From a virus: a stretch of 64,000 nt of DNA. Both the position numbers and the translations under genes were made by a program. The DNA is taken from IMG/VR virus record IMGVR_UViG_3300049740_000832; one strand, given 5' to 3'. Positions within the stretch are counted from its first letter, which is position 1. Each line of letters begins with the position of its first letter. This document shows, piece after piece, positions 36,691 through 45,342 of this stretch. The notes beneath the pieces are model-generated. The model was not told the DNA's origin and did not search any database. It saw only the letters and a list, made by a program, of their open reading frames with translations.

Positions 36691-36921
36691 ATGCTTAATT
36701 ATACAGAACTATTTGAAAACACTTTTTTATATAAAACATTTGAACCAAATGCTGATATAGACAATCCGTATGCAGAGAAAGAGGTTCGTATTGTTGATAT
36801 CCTTGATGGGCCTGGCGCTGACCGCCGTGACTACTGCACAGTCGAAGGTATACAAGACTGGGAAGTCGATATGCCCCTTGAGAACTTTTTGAAAAACGCT
36901 CGGATTAAAGAGGCTGCATAA
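36691..36921 (+). CDS. early hypothetical protein
   Basis: AAGGAGAGG RBS; ends RIKEAA. Confidence 0.6.
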   Translation: MLNYTELFENTFLYKTFEPNADIDNPYAEKEVRIVDILDGPGADRRDYCTVEGIQDWEVDMPLENFLKNARIKEAA

Positions 36922-37169
36922 TGTCACTACTGACGTTTGCTACTGATGAACGTATCGATGTTCTCCGTGAGAAGTTTAACACTCTCACGGAAGGCATGGA
37001 TAACTGGAAAGACCCGATTGATACAGTCATTCCTGTAAACGAACTGAATGACATGCGTGATGCATGTGCGTGGTTCACTGGTTCTGTTCTCGATGTCGTA
37101 GAACAGATTGAGAACGAACCGAAGTTTCGCGTCTATGCAGAGGGTTACTACAATGCAGTCGGAGCGTAA
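36921..37169 (+). CDS. early hypothetical protein
   Basis: NWKDPID...ACAWFTGS...YAEGYY. Confidence 0.6.
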   Translation: MSLLTFATDERIDVLREKFNTLTEGMDNWKDPIDTVIPVNELNDMRDACAWFTGSVLDVVEQIENEPKFRVYAEGYYNAVGA

Positions 37170-37416
37170 TGTAAATCATGAGTCGATAAGGAAAAGTAAT
37201 CAGTATCAGAAGACATATACTTTTGATAATGGATATGGTGCGTCTGTGATTTGTAATCCTAGTTCGTATGGTAACACTGATGGACTTTTCGAAGTTGCAG
37301 TGCTTGACATTAATGGTGAACTGTGTTATGATACACCTATTACTGATGATGTGATTGGTCATTTGACCTTTCAAGAAGTTGTTGATACATTGAAAGAGAT
37401 TGAGAGTTTAACATGA
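37153..37416 (+). CDS. conserved phage hypothetical protein
   Basis: FDNGYGASVI...SYG...GLFEVAVL...YDTPITDDVIGHLT. Confidence 0.65.
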   Translation: MQSERNVNHESIRKSNQYQKTYTFDNGYGASVICNPSSYGNTDGLFEVAVLDINGELCYDTPITDDVIGHLTFQEVVDTLKEIESLT

Positions 37417-37952
37417 ATATTTTCCATCTGGACAATGACCCTATCAAGGCAGCACAGGCAATGTGCGACAAGCATATCGTCAAGATGATTGTCGAGTATG
37501 CACAACTGATGTCAACCGCACACCGTGTGCTTGATGGCGCCTTGTATATCGACAGGACTGCGAATGGTCGCAAAATCAAACGTTGGGCGCATCCTGATTA
37601 TCATGGTTTTCTCTACAAAGCATCTCATGTCAATCACCCGTCAAACATTTGGGTGCGTGAGTCTGACGAGAACTACTTCTGGTTGTATCGTCACTTCCGT
37701 GAGTGCTGCAAAGAGTATACCCGTAGGTATGGAAAATATCACTTGACAGATACTCGTTTATCTGATATACTACTCAACATACCTAAGAAAATCCCCAAAG
37801 CGGGATTGACGAAATTCGCACAAGCAATGCCTGACTATTGCAAACGCGAAGACCCTGTAGATGCATATCGTATCTACTATCTAAATGAGAAACGTTCATT
37901 TGCTAAATGGACAAATCGTGATGAACCTGATTGGTGGAAGGAGTGTGCATAA
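37413..37952 (+). CDS. denV: pyrimidine-dimer DNA glycosylase / endonuclease V-like protein
   Basis: MNIF.LD...CDKHIVKMIVEYAQLMSTAH, NHPSNIW, EYTRRYGK.H, QAMP, AYR.YY. Confidence 0.8.
   Translation: MNIFHLDNDPIKAAQAMCDKHIVKMIVEYAQLMSTAHRVLDGALYIDRTANGRKIKRWAHPDYHGFLYKASHVNHPSNIWVRESDENYFWLYRHFRECCKEYTRRYGKYHLTDTRLSDILLNIPKKIPKAGLTKFAQAMPDYCKREDPVDAYRIYYLNEKRSFAKWTNRDEPDWWKECA
37743..37771 (+). promoter_or_regulatory. intragenic sigma70-like promoter
   Basis: TTGACA-17-TATACT with extended -10 TG. Confidence 0.5.
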
Positions 37953-38113
37953 TGATTGACCGCCGTAAAAAGAAAGTTGCTGAAGACCTGTTCGAAGGTG
38001 ACTATGATAACCGTGACGTTCTGTATTGGAATGACACAAAAGATTATTTCGATGAGATTGGTGTTACCGATACTTATCAAGAAACAGTAGGATATGATAA
38101 TGACTGGAATTGA
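37952..38113 (+). CDS. small acidic hypothetical protein
   Basis: AAGGAG RBS, TAATG coupling. Confidence 0.5.
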   Translation: MIDRRKKKVAEDLFEGDYDNRDVLYWNDTKDYFDEIGVTDTYQETVGYDNDWN

Positions 38114-38369
38114 TTATAGTTATGACAGTGTGGTAGGCACACTGCGGGAAAATATTGTTCGTCTGTCTTTCATCAAAGTGAAAGATGGTCAGGTTCGCAA
38201 CATGCGAGCAACTCTGGATAGTAAATTTATCCCCGAAGAAAAAATGCCCAAGACTGATGCAAACGTAAAGACCGAAAAGAACCAGATTGCGGTTCGGGTC
38301 TATGATTTAGATATTGAGGATTGGCGTTCTTTTCGTGTAGATTCTTTGCAAACATTCGACACTATATAG
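38100..38369 (+). CDS. SH3-like WYL_2/DUF2693-type protein
   Basis: SFIKVKDGQVRNMRATL...VYDLDIEDWRSFR. Confidence 0.7.
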   Translation: MTGIDYSYDSVVGTLRENIVRLSFIKVKDGQVRNMRATLDSKFIPEEKMPKTDANVKTEKNQIAVRVYDLDIEDWRSFRVDSLQTFDTI

Positions 38370-38372
38370 TGT

Positions 38373-38828
38373 ATGGCAAAAAGAAAACTCACTGCGGAAC
38401 AAAAGAAGGCGGCGAGCGAGCGTCTTGCGAAAGCAAGAGCTGTTCGTGGTCATGATGGTCGGATGGGTGTTCACGAAAGTATTCGTGATTATTCCGAAGA
38501 CCATTATATTCATTGGAAGAAAGTAAAACAATGGATTAAATCCTGTGAGTTGGAACTTAAAGGTCTACGTCATCTCAAGAAATCTACAGCGTGGAGAGAG
38601 AGGGCGGAATACAAAGACCTTGAGGTCTATATCTACAACATGAAGAAATATCTTACTACTGGTGTCTGGATGGATTTTCGTTATGGTGAAGACCGTGAGG
38701 GTGTAATCAAATATCGTTGTCTTGCAAAGGCATATGATAAAGAAGGTGAAGTGAAACGCACAGTCGGTGTCTGGTATGATGATGTCGGTATGTGGACACA
38801 GGAGTTAGAAGAAGAATTTGAAAGTTGA
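38373..38828 (+). CDS. conserved hypothetical protein
   Basis: ERLAKAR...KKVKQWIK...YL.TG.W.D..YG; sits upstream of gp33. Confidence 0.6.
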   Translation: MAKRKLTAEQKKAASERLAKARAVRGHDGRMGVHESIRDYSEDHYIHWKKVKQWIKSCELELKGLRHLKKSTAWRERAEYKDLEVYIYNMKKYLTTGVWMDFRYGEDREGVIKYRCLAKAYDKEGEVKRTVGVWYDDVGMWTQELEEEFES

Positions 38829-39087
38829 TTTAATTATCGGTGGAACGGATTCCAGTGAAGAGGAATCCAACTTCATGAGTAAAAAGAAATTTACTCGTAT
38901 GGTTGAGGACACCGTGAAAAAGAAGTCCTTGACATATATGGATGCGGTTGTCCACCTATGTGACGACAATCAATTAGAGATTGAAGATGTTAAGAAATAT
39001 ATCGCGACATCTATCAAAGAGAAAATTGAGATGGAAGCAATGAATCTTAATTATCTCGATAAACGGGAAACCTTACCCAATGATTAA
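38818..39087 (+). CDS. 33: late transcription coactivator gp33
   Basis: F..MVE..V...LTYMDAVVHLC....IE...IKEKIEMEA..LNYL; adjacent to gp32. Confidence 0.85.
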   Translation: MKVDLIIGGTDSSEEESNFMSKKKFTRMVEDTVKKKSLTYMDAVVHLCDDNQLEIEDVKKYIATSIKEKIEMEAMNLNYLDKRETLPND

Positions 39088-39088
39088 T

Positions 39089-39131
39089 TATAAATAAAGG
39101 TATTGACAAACTTATTATATTATGATACAAT
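39089..39131 (+). promoter_or_regulatory. tandem late (TATAAATA) and sigma70 (TTGACA-17-TACAAT) promoters for gene 32
   Basis: 39089-39096 and 39103-39131. Confidence 0.75.
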
Positions 39132-39167
39132 TAATACACACAATACGCAAATATACGGAGAATACAT

Positions 39168-40094
39168 ATGTCTTTTGCAAATCTAAAATCTAATCGAACA
39201 GACGTTTCCAAACTCGCACAAGCAGCAGCGGAAATCTCTGGTCAAAAACAAACCACCAACAAATATGAAGATACACGTTTCTGGAAACCTACTGTTGATG
39301 AAGCAGGGAATGGTTTTGCACAGGTTCGTTTCCTTCCTGCCGCTGAAGGTCAAGAACTTCCGTGGGTTCGTTACTTCGACCACTTCTTCAAAGGCCCGAC
39401 TGGTCAATGGTATGTTGAGAAGTCCTTGACTACTCTGGGTAACAATGACCCTGTGAGTGAACACAACTCGCGCCTTTGGAACTCTGGTATTGATGAGGAC
39501 AAAGAGATTGCTCGTAAACAGAAACGCCGTTTGCATTATGTCGCAAACATTCTGGTTGTGAGTGACCCGTCCAATCCGACCAATGAGGGTAAAGTATTCC
39601 TCTATGACTTCGGTAAGAAAATCTTTGACAAGATTATGGATGTGATGCAACCACAGTTCCCAGGCGAAGAACCAGTCAACCCGTTTGACTTCTGGACTGG
39701 CGCAGACTTCCAGTTGAAGATTCGTAACGTTGCGGGTTATCGTAACTACGACAAGTCGGAGTTCAAATCACCTTCTGCATTGTTTGAATCAGATGAGACC
39801 AAACTTGAAGCGACCTACAACCAACTACATGATGTCAGTGAGTTCGCTGACCCCAAGACTTACAAGTCTTATGAAGAGTTGAAGAGTCGTTTGGAAGTTG
39901 TTCTGGGTCAGTCAACCGGCGCTGGTTCGACTGTAAAGAATGAGTCTCTCGCACAAACCGCAGAGGCAGTATCACCAAAAGTAGTAGAACCGCAAGTGAT
40001 TGCGTCTGCGCCTGAACCTGTAGTCACGGAGACTGTAGACGGTGATGAGGATGATACACTATCATACTTCGCGAAACTTGCTGCAGAAGACTAG
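39168..40094 (+). CDS. 32: single-stranded DNA-binding protein gp32
   Basis: RFWKP, VRFLP, WYVEKSLTTLG..DPV, GKKIFDKI, NPFDFW.GADF.LKIR, RNYDKSEF, acidic tail. Confidence 0.95.
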   Translation: MSFANLKSNRTDVSKLAQAAAEISGQKQTTNKYEDTRFWKPTVDEAGNGFAQVRFLPAAEGQELPWVRYFDHFFKGPTGQWYVEKSLTTLGNNDPVSEHNSRLWNSGIDEDKEIARKQKRRLHYVANILVVSDPSNPTNEGKVFLYDFGKKIFDKIMDVMQPQFPGEEPVNPFDFWTGADFQLKIRNVAGYRNYDKSEFKSPSALFESDETKLEATYNQLHDVSEFADPKTYKSYEELKSRLEVVLGQSTGAGSTVKNESLAQTAEAVSPKVVEPQVIASAPEPVVTETVDGDEDDTLSYFAKLAAED

Positions 40095-40119
40095 GATTCA
40101 TTCTCCTATGGATGATGGG

Positions 40120-40147
40120 AAGGGGAGACTTCGGTCTCCCTTTTTTA
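40120..40147. terminator. intrinsic terminator with C(UUCG)G tetraloop between convergent genes
   Basis: AAGGGGAGAC-TTCG-GTCTCCC-TTTTTT. Confidence 0.9.
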
Positions 40148-41776
40148 TTAGAAAGATGCCGCTTCTCTGTCTAGGTCATCAGTTGCGGGAGTCGGGTCAG
40201 TAAAGACTGCGGTATTACTACTCATATTAGTAGTTGTCGGTGCGTTTACAGTGTTTACTGCCATTGCAGCCTTTTTAGCATCATTTGCCTCTTTATTCGC
40301 CCGCATTCTTTCAATGTTCGCTTGTCTTATTCTTGCCTGTTCTTGTGTCGCGACAACCCTCTCAACATTTTGTGGCGCAGCGATTGGAGGTTCAGGTTCT
40401 TCTTCGCCTGTCTCCCCTTGTTCAGTAGGTAATGTTGTTTCAGCACTACCTTCACCCGTTTTCAATACTTTACTAAATGTTTTCTGGAATGCTTCGATTG
40501 GACTATCGCCGCCTGGCAGAACAGCGCCCAATGCTGCAGCACCACCCGCCAAAACTGCTGGCCCAAATAATAGAAGTCGTTTCACATAAACCATCATTGA
40601 CTTAAACATCTGTGACAGACCAGCACTAAACCCATCCTCAAATCCACTGAATAGATTTTTAAGAACATCATTAAATACACGGGCAACACCCATGAATGTA
40701 TCTTTAATCATATCAGCAAAACTGAAACCAGATAATGCCGCTTGGACATTCTCAAATCCAAGTTTACCCGCAATAAATCCAATCGCAGATTTTACTAGGT
40801 CAAGAGGCATACCAATCAGTCCAGATAGAACACCGCCGATTGCACCAAGAATACCACCTAAAACCCCTTCTTGTTGATACCCTGAAATTGCACCCTTGAT
40901 ACCATCGATAATACTCATTATTAAAGTAAGAGGTGCAAAGATTACTCGACCCAGTGTCTTGAATACTGTAAATATCGGAGACAATGCGCCACGCAATGCA
41001 CTAAAAGTTTTTCCAATAGTCTGGAAAACTTGAGTGGTAGAATTGACACCACTCTTAATAGTATTACCAATCCCTTTCAGTGCAGAACCAACTTCTTTGA
41101 AACTATCAGCGAATACACTTGTAATTGGTTTGAAGAGATTACCAAATTTAAGTATTGACTTGACAAAGTTTGATGTAGTGGTTACTGGTTTACCATCAAT
41201 ACCTAGTCCAAATAATCGAAACATACCACCTTGAATAGTCTTGAAAAACCCCGTGGCACTAACAAACGGACTTCTTACCGCTCTCAAGAATCTTGCGAAC
41301 TTCGATGCAGATGGGTCTAACTTTCCATTTGGTAACAGACCTATGAGTCTAAACACACCACCTCTAATTTGTCGTGTAAGGTTTGTTATCGCCTTACCAA
41401 TTCTATTACCAGTCAAATTATCAAAGGTTCTACCAAGTGCAGCAAGGTATTTACCTAGACCTACCGCGATACCTGTTGCAAGACCAGAGATTGCTGCAGT
41501 AACAATACCCAGAAAACCTAGAAGACCAAACCCCAATGCATCTTTCGCACCGGCGGCCGCATCACTAAAGTTCTCTTTAGTGGGTTTGGGGCCAGATACC
41601 TTCTCTCGTGCTTCTTCGAGTTTGTCGAGTTTACTAGATTTTTGTGCCTGAAAAAATTGTCCAAAAGATTTATTCAGAGTGGCGAGTTGCTCAATCTGTT
41701 TTTTATCTCTCTTTTCACTTTCTGCGCCTTCTTCCTGAACCGCTTCGGTGAGGTGTGCTATGGTTACTTCTGCCAT
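40148..41776 (-). CDS. tape-measure / baseplate hub protein (gp29-like)
   Basis: long Gly/Ala-rich amphipathic helical sequence, hydrophobic stretches, VNAPTTTN tail; downstream of gp26/51. Confidence 0.7.
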   Translation of the reverse strand: MAEVTIAHLTEAVQEEGAESEKRDKKQIEQLATLNKSFGQFFQAQKSSKLDKLEEAREKVSGPKPTKENFSDAAAGAKDALGFGLLGFLGIVTAAISGLATGIAVGLGKYLAALGRTFDNLTGNRIGKAITNLTRQIRGGVFRLIGLLPNGKLDPSASKFARFLRAVRSPFVSATGFFKTIQGGMFRLFGLGIDGKPVTTTSNFVKSILKFGNLFKPITSVFADSFKEVGSALKGIGNTIKSGVNSTTQVFQTIGKTFSALRGALSPIFTVFKTLGRVIFAPLTLIMSIIDGIKGAISGYQQEGVLGGILGAIGGVLSGLIGMPLDLVKSAIGFIAGKLGFENVQAALSGFSFADMIKDTFMGVARVFNDVLKNLFSGFEDGFSAGLSQMFKSMMVYVKRLLLFGPAVLAGGAAALGAVLPGGDSPIEAFQKTFSKVLKTGEGSAETTLPTEQGETGEEEPEPPIAAPQNVERVVATQEQARIRQANIERMRANKEANDAKKAAMAVNTVNAPTTTNMSSNTAVFTDPTPATDDLDREAASF

Positions 41777-41778
41777 TT

Positions 41779-41970
41779 TTAGAACCCGTTATTATTTTCT
41801 TTCATTTTTTCTTCTTGTTCTTTTAACCACTCTTCCAGTAATACTAGATAAATCTCCCTCTCCCACGGCATCATATGTTCAATATCATGTAATGAATAAT
41901 TAAAATGTTGCATCAGCGCGAAGTTGGTCTTGAAATGATTGACCAAATTATCATGCGAGAGGCATACTAA
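41779..41970 (-). CDS. 51: gp51-like C-terminal module, probably reached by -1 frameshift from the gp26-like gene
   Basis: LVCLSHDNLVNHFKTNFALMQHFNYSLHDIEHMMPWEREIYLVLLEEWLKEQEEK; open from the slippery site; first ATG lies inside the conserved block. Confidence 0.8.
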   Translation of the reverse strand, partial: LVCLSHDNLVNHFKTNFALMQHFNYSLHDIEHMMPWEREIYLVLLEEWLKEQEEKMKENNNGF

Positions 41971-42674
41971 AAAAAATCTTGAAGACCCTCCAGTGTTACT
42001 TTATTCTGATGACCACACTCACAGGTGAACTCAACCTCTTTTCTCATGACGGGAACAGTCTGAAGAAATTTGCCAATCTTTTCGAACTGAGTGTTGGTCA
42101 TGGATTCAATAAAATCATTCAATTCTTTTTTACTTACTTCATTGGCCAAATGTTTTTCATCATCGGTCAGAATTGCTACAACACAATCTTCTAACATTTG
42201 AAATCCAAACTCTGCCTCACTGATACCCTCTTTGAAGTTTTTTACAAAACCATCATAGGTTGGATATCTCATCTCAACATAGATATCATCTGTCAACTGA
42301 ATCACGGGGTCTACATCGGTCTTCTCAATCTTGACCGTAGTTAAATCAACCAAAACTTCGGTAGACTTATCACAGTCTATTGCATCACACTTCATTATCA
42401 GTGTAGATGTCTCACCAACAGACTTACTACGAATTTGAGTGAACATATACTCAACATCAAATGTTGTTAGTTCTGTTGATTTAATATCATCATTCACACA
42501 TGCGATAACAGTATCCATCATCGCTCTCATTGCCTGTTTTTGGTCTTGCGACTCAAAAGCAGAGAGAAGAACTTTCTCCTCTTTGACCAAGTATGGTCTA
42601 AATGTGACAATCTTATCAGTTGATGGAATCACCATCTCGTATTTTAGATTGTCGTTTAGTTTAGGTAACGCCAT
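41967..42674 (-). CDS. 26: baseplate hub assembly chaperone gp26-like
   Basis: MALPKL, FRPYLVKEEK.LL, FDVEY.F.QIRSKSVGE, MRYP, C.CGH.N..TLEGLQDFF. Confidence 0.88.
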   Translation of the reverse strand: MALPKLNDNLKYEMVIPSTDKIVTFRPYLVKEEKVLLSAFESQDQKQAMRAMMDTVIACVNDDIKSTELTTFDVEYMFTQIRSKSVGETSTLIMKCDAIDCDKSTEVLVDLTTVKIEKTDVDPVIQLTDDIYVEMRYPTYDGFVKNFKEGISEAEFGFQMLEDCVVAILTDDEKHLANEVSKKELNDFIESMTNTQFEKIGKFLQTVPVMRKEVEFTCECGHQNKVTLEGLQDFF

Positions 42675-42688
42675 TATTTACTCCACAA

Positions 42689-43390
42689 TTATAAGAATTT
42701 CCTAATCAATTCACCAGCAAGACCTTCGATAAATCCACCGCCGCCGGCATCTCCGCCTTCACTTCTCCAGTTCTTATAAGATAACTGAACGTCTAGTTGA
42801 AGGTTCTGGCCATCATCACTCAACTCAATTGCATTCAATGTAGTTGGGTATGCTTTATCTAGTATACAAGTATAAGCAATCTTATCACCTGTAAGTAGAT
42901 TTAAGTCAATCTCGCCTTGCGCCAAATCAAGAGGCCCAATACGAGGTAAACGATTCGCGATAGAACTTGGTAGTTTACCTGAATCAAAAATCTTTTTCTT
43001 TTTCAATGGAAATGCGACACCCTTTTTTATCTGTTGAATCACGACAGGGTGTGTATAGTCATTGTAGTATCCTACTTCTAGTGTCTCTTGATTTACTGCA
43101 AGATTTTGCCATGCCTCAAAGTATGTTCTGACTTTATAGTCATTCATGACATGAAAGGATAGAGATATATCATCCACTGCATATCCATATGCAACTTTGG
43201 TTGTCTGTAAACCAATCTGTTTCTCTGTAGAGAGGACTTGTCTGCCAGGCATTGATGCGGCTCTACACAACAAATTCATCTCTCTTGCTTCACCAGAGAT
43301 AGGCGGAAGGAAAATCTTATAAAGATTTCCCATTGCAAAACCACCAGCTTTACCTACCTGTGATTTGAAATCATCGATACGAGTTGTCAT
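42689..43390 (-). CDS. tail-tube-fold baseplate protein (gp54-like tube initiator)
   Basis: LLCRAASMPGR, YFEAWQ, YYNDY, AYPTTL, LSYKNW. Confidence 0.7.
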   Translation of the reverse strand: MTTRIDDFKSQVGKAGGFAMGNLYKIFLPPISGEAREMNLLCRAASMPGRQVLSTEKQIGLQTTKVAYGYAVDDISLSFHVMNDYKVRTYFEAWQNLAVNQETLEVGYYNDYTHPVVIQQIKKGVAFPLKKKKIFDSGKLPSSIANRLPRIGPLDLAQGEIDLNLLTGDKIAYTCILDKAYPTTLNAIELSDDGQNLQLDVQLSYKNWRSEGGDAGGGGFIEGLAGELIRKFL

Positions 43391-43983
43391 TAACCTTTAC
43401 CTATCATCTGTCTTGAATCGTAGAATACTTTTTGTGAGTTTGACTTACGGAAGTCTGCGGTTGGAAGAAAGGTTGCAATCTCCCATTCGGGTGCAGGGAC
43501 TTCTGCAAATTTACTCGAAACGTGTTTATTCAAGTAGTGTTTGAAACATGGTTTATAATATCTCAGCTTTGAAATACTTTGTAATTTACTATATGTTATT
43601 GCGAACTTTGCATCATCAGATGTCTTACTAGTCGCGGTTTCCATTAATGAGTCTAACATCTTTGCACGAAGAATTGGTGGGAGATAATGAAGGTTCAATC
43701 CATAGAATCCACCTTCCGCAGGCCCGACTACGACAACCAATGGAAATACATCATAATATGGTAGTTTGTCTTTGGTCTTCGGGTCATAGAAGAACATCTG
43801 CATCGAACCGACCACGCCACGTTGCGCTCTTCGTTTGAGCGGTTCTTCTTTCATCAACTCATTACGGTTGATTGAACGAAGATTCGATGCTTTCTTCCGA
43901 AACCAATCACGACTTTCTTTGGTGCGTGGCGTCACCCCAGCGCGGAATGCCTGTAGTTCCAGTCTGTTGAAGATATTACTCAT
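43390..43983 (-). CDS. 2: DNA end protector protein gp2
   Basis: FFYDPKTKDKLPYYDVFPL, GLNLHYLPP, CFKHYL..HV, W....LPTA.F. Confidence 0.92.
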   Translation of the reverse strand: MSNIFNRLELQAFRAGVTPRTKESRDWFRKKASNLRSINRNELMKEEPLKRRAQRGVVGSMQMFFYDPKTKDKLPYYDVFPLVVVVGPAEGGFYGLNLHYLPPILRAKMLDSLMETATSKTSDDAKFAITYSKLQSISKLRYYKPCFKHYLNKHVSSKFAEVPAPEWEIATFLPTADFRKSNSQKVFYDSRQMIGKG

Positions 43984-43988
43984 GTTTC

Positions 43989-43996
43989 TATTTATA
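43989..43996 (-). promoter_or_regulatory. T4-type late promoter (minus strand)
   Basis: TATAAATA 5 nt before the gene 2 ATG. Confidence 0.75.
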
Positions 43997-43997
43997 C

Positions 43998-44474
43998 TTA
44001 TTTTTTACGTTTTTGGAAAGGTTTTAATGGTTTTGTTGATTTGGGAATAAGACTCTTCAATGGTTCGTTCTTCTCCGTCCATATCTGGAAGTGCCAACCT
44101 CTATCTTTTGCGAACTCATTTGCTGCTTGCCATTTGTTCATGTTCTTGACATAAGTAAAACTTTCACTCAAAAACCTTTTTGTTCTCCTTGAACCTGTAG
44201 GGGGTTGAGTCTGTGCATCTGGTTTTATCTCAATCAGATAGGTCTTTCCATTGTCCATCTTGAGTTTTAGGTCTACAAAGTAACGATGCCACCTCTTATC
44301 GACTTCATATAAGTATTGTATTACAACTTCTTCGGATGACCATTCAACCACACTAGGATTATCATCACACCACTTGAATGCATGTTTCTCCCATAGGGAA
44401 CGGTAGACCACATTGGTGTGGTCACCTTTATATTTCGTTGGGTTTTTTACCCGATATCTACCAGAATATGCCAT
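43998..44474 (-). CDS. 4: head completion nuclease gp4
   Basis: MAYSGRY..KNP.KY.GD, YRSLWE, WSSEE, RYFVD, IEIKP, NKW.AA. Confidence 0.93.
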   Translation of the reverse strand: MAYSGRYRVKNPTKYKGDHTNVVYRSLWEKHAFKWCDDNPSVVEWSSEEVVIQYLYEVDKRWHRYFVDLKLKMDNGKTYLIEIKPDAQTQPPTGSRRTKRFLSESFTYVKNMNKWQAANEFAKDRGWHFQIWTEKNEPLKSLIPKSTKPLKPFQKRKK

Positions 44475-44481
44475 ATAAATA
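44474..44481 (+). promoter_or_regulatory. T4-type late promoter; left boundary of inserted cassette
   Basis: TATAAATA 5 nt before ATG 44487. Confidence 0.7.
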
Positions 44482-44486
44482 AAAAA

Positions 44487-45065
44487 ATGATTAGAGGAAT
44501 ATCTCAAACAGTTCTAGACAAGTATGGTGCGTATACAGATTCTCATAAGTTATATATGCCTTATATAGGAGAAGGTTTTACCCAAGAGAGAAACTTATCA
44601 GATGATACTAAAGTATGGCGACACAAGGCAGACAGAATACTACAATTATATGGAAGTAGTATATTCGATAGGGGTGGTGAAGAACTGATAATTGTTGAGG
44701 GTGAAATTGAAGTTCTCGTTGTTGCAGAAGCGTTTCTTAGAACAACCAATATGATTCCACCAATTGTAGGAACAACATGTCATAGTAATTTTCCTATTAT
44801 GATGTTAGAAGAATCACTAGATTATATTAAATCATTTGATAAAATCATTACTGCGTTTGATAATGACTTTACTGGATATAGGCAGACAAATTGGATTTTG
44901 GAAACTGTGGGTGATAAATCATTTACCTTTGATATAAAAAACTGTAATGATAATTATGAATTAATAGAGGAAATCGGATATGACCGATACGTTCATGAAT
45001 TTCGCAATCGAACAAAAAGAACTGGCCAAAAACAAAAGATATCAGGTTGGCGCATATCTCACTAA
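44487..45065 (+). CDS. stand-alone TOPRIM domain resembling the T7 gp4/Twinkle primase catalytic domain
   Basis: RGIS, LYG, IIVEGEIEVL, YIKSFDKIITAFDNDFTG; no Zn finger or helicase. Confidence 0.75.
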   Translation: MIRGISQTVLDKYGAYTDSHKLYMPYIGEGFTQERNLSDDTKVWRHKADRILQLYGSSIFDRGGEELIIVEGEIEVLVVAEAFLRTTNMIPPIVGTTCHSNFPIMMLEESLDYIKSFDKIITAFDNDFTGYRQTNWILETVGDKSFTFDIKNCNDNYELIEEIGYDRYVHEFRNRTKRTGQKQKISGWRISH

Positions 45066-45342
45066 TGGTGTCTCTTCACACAATACACACCTAACTGAAA
45101 GAGAACATCCTGATACGACACAACACGCAGAAGCTAGAATAATATCCGAATCAGCCAGATTAGGTATTGCGACACAGGGACATAAGATTTATATAACCCT
45201 TTCTCCGTGTGTGTCTTGTGCGAAATTGATAATTCAGTCAGGAATAACTCATGTCTATTATCAAGAGTTAGATAAGAAACAAGAATTTGCGTTAGAATTG
45301 TTGGAGTCTGCGGGTATATATTACGAAAAATCTTATAAATAG
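44980..45342 (+). CDS. dCMP-deaminase-family Zn deaminase (compact)
   Basis: FM.FA...VGAYL, HAE, TLSPCVSCAKLIIQSGI. Confidence 0.85.
   Translation: MTDTFMNFAIEQKELAKNKRYQVGAYLTNGVSSHNTHLTEREHPDTTQHAEARIISESARLGIATQGHKIYITLSPCVSCAKLIIQSGITHVYYQELDKKQEFALELLESAGIYYEKSYK

Noticed and set aside
44980-45065. Frameshift fusion of the TOPRIM and deaminase ORFs (86-nt overlap)
   Set aside because: The deaminase has its own GAGG RBS and ATG with a normal family N-terminus, so independent initiation explains the overlap.
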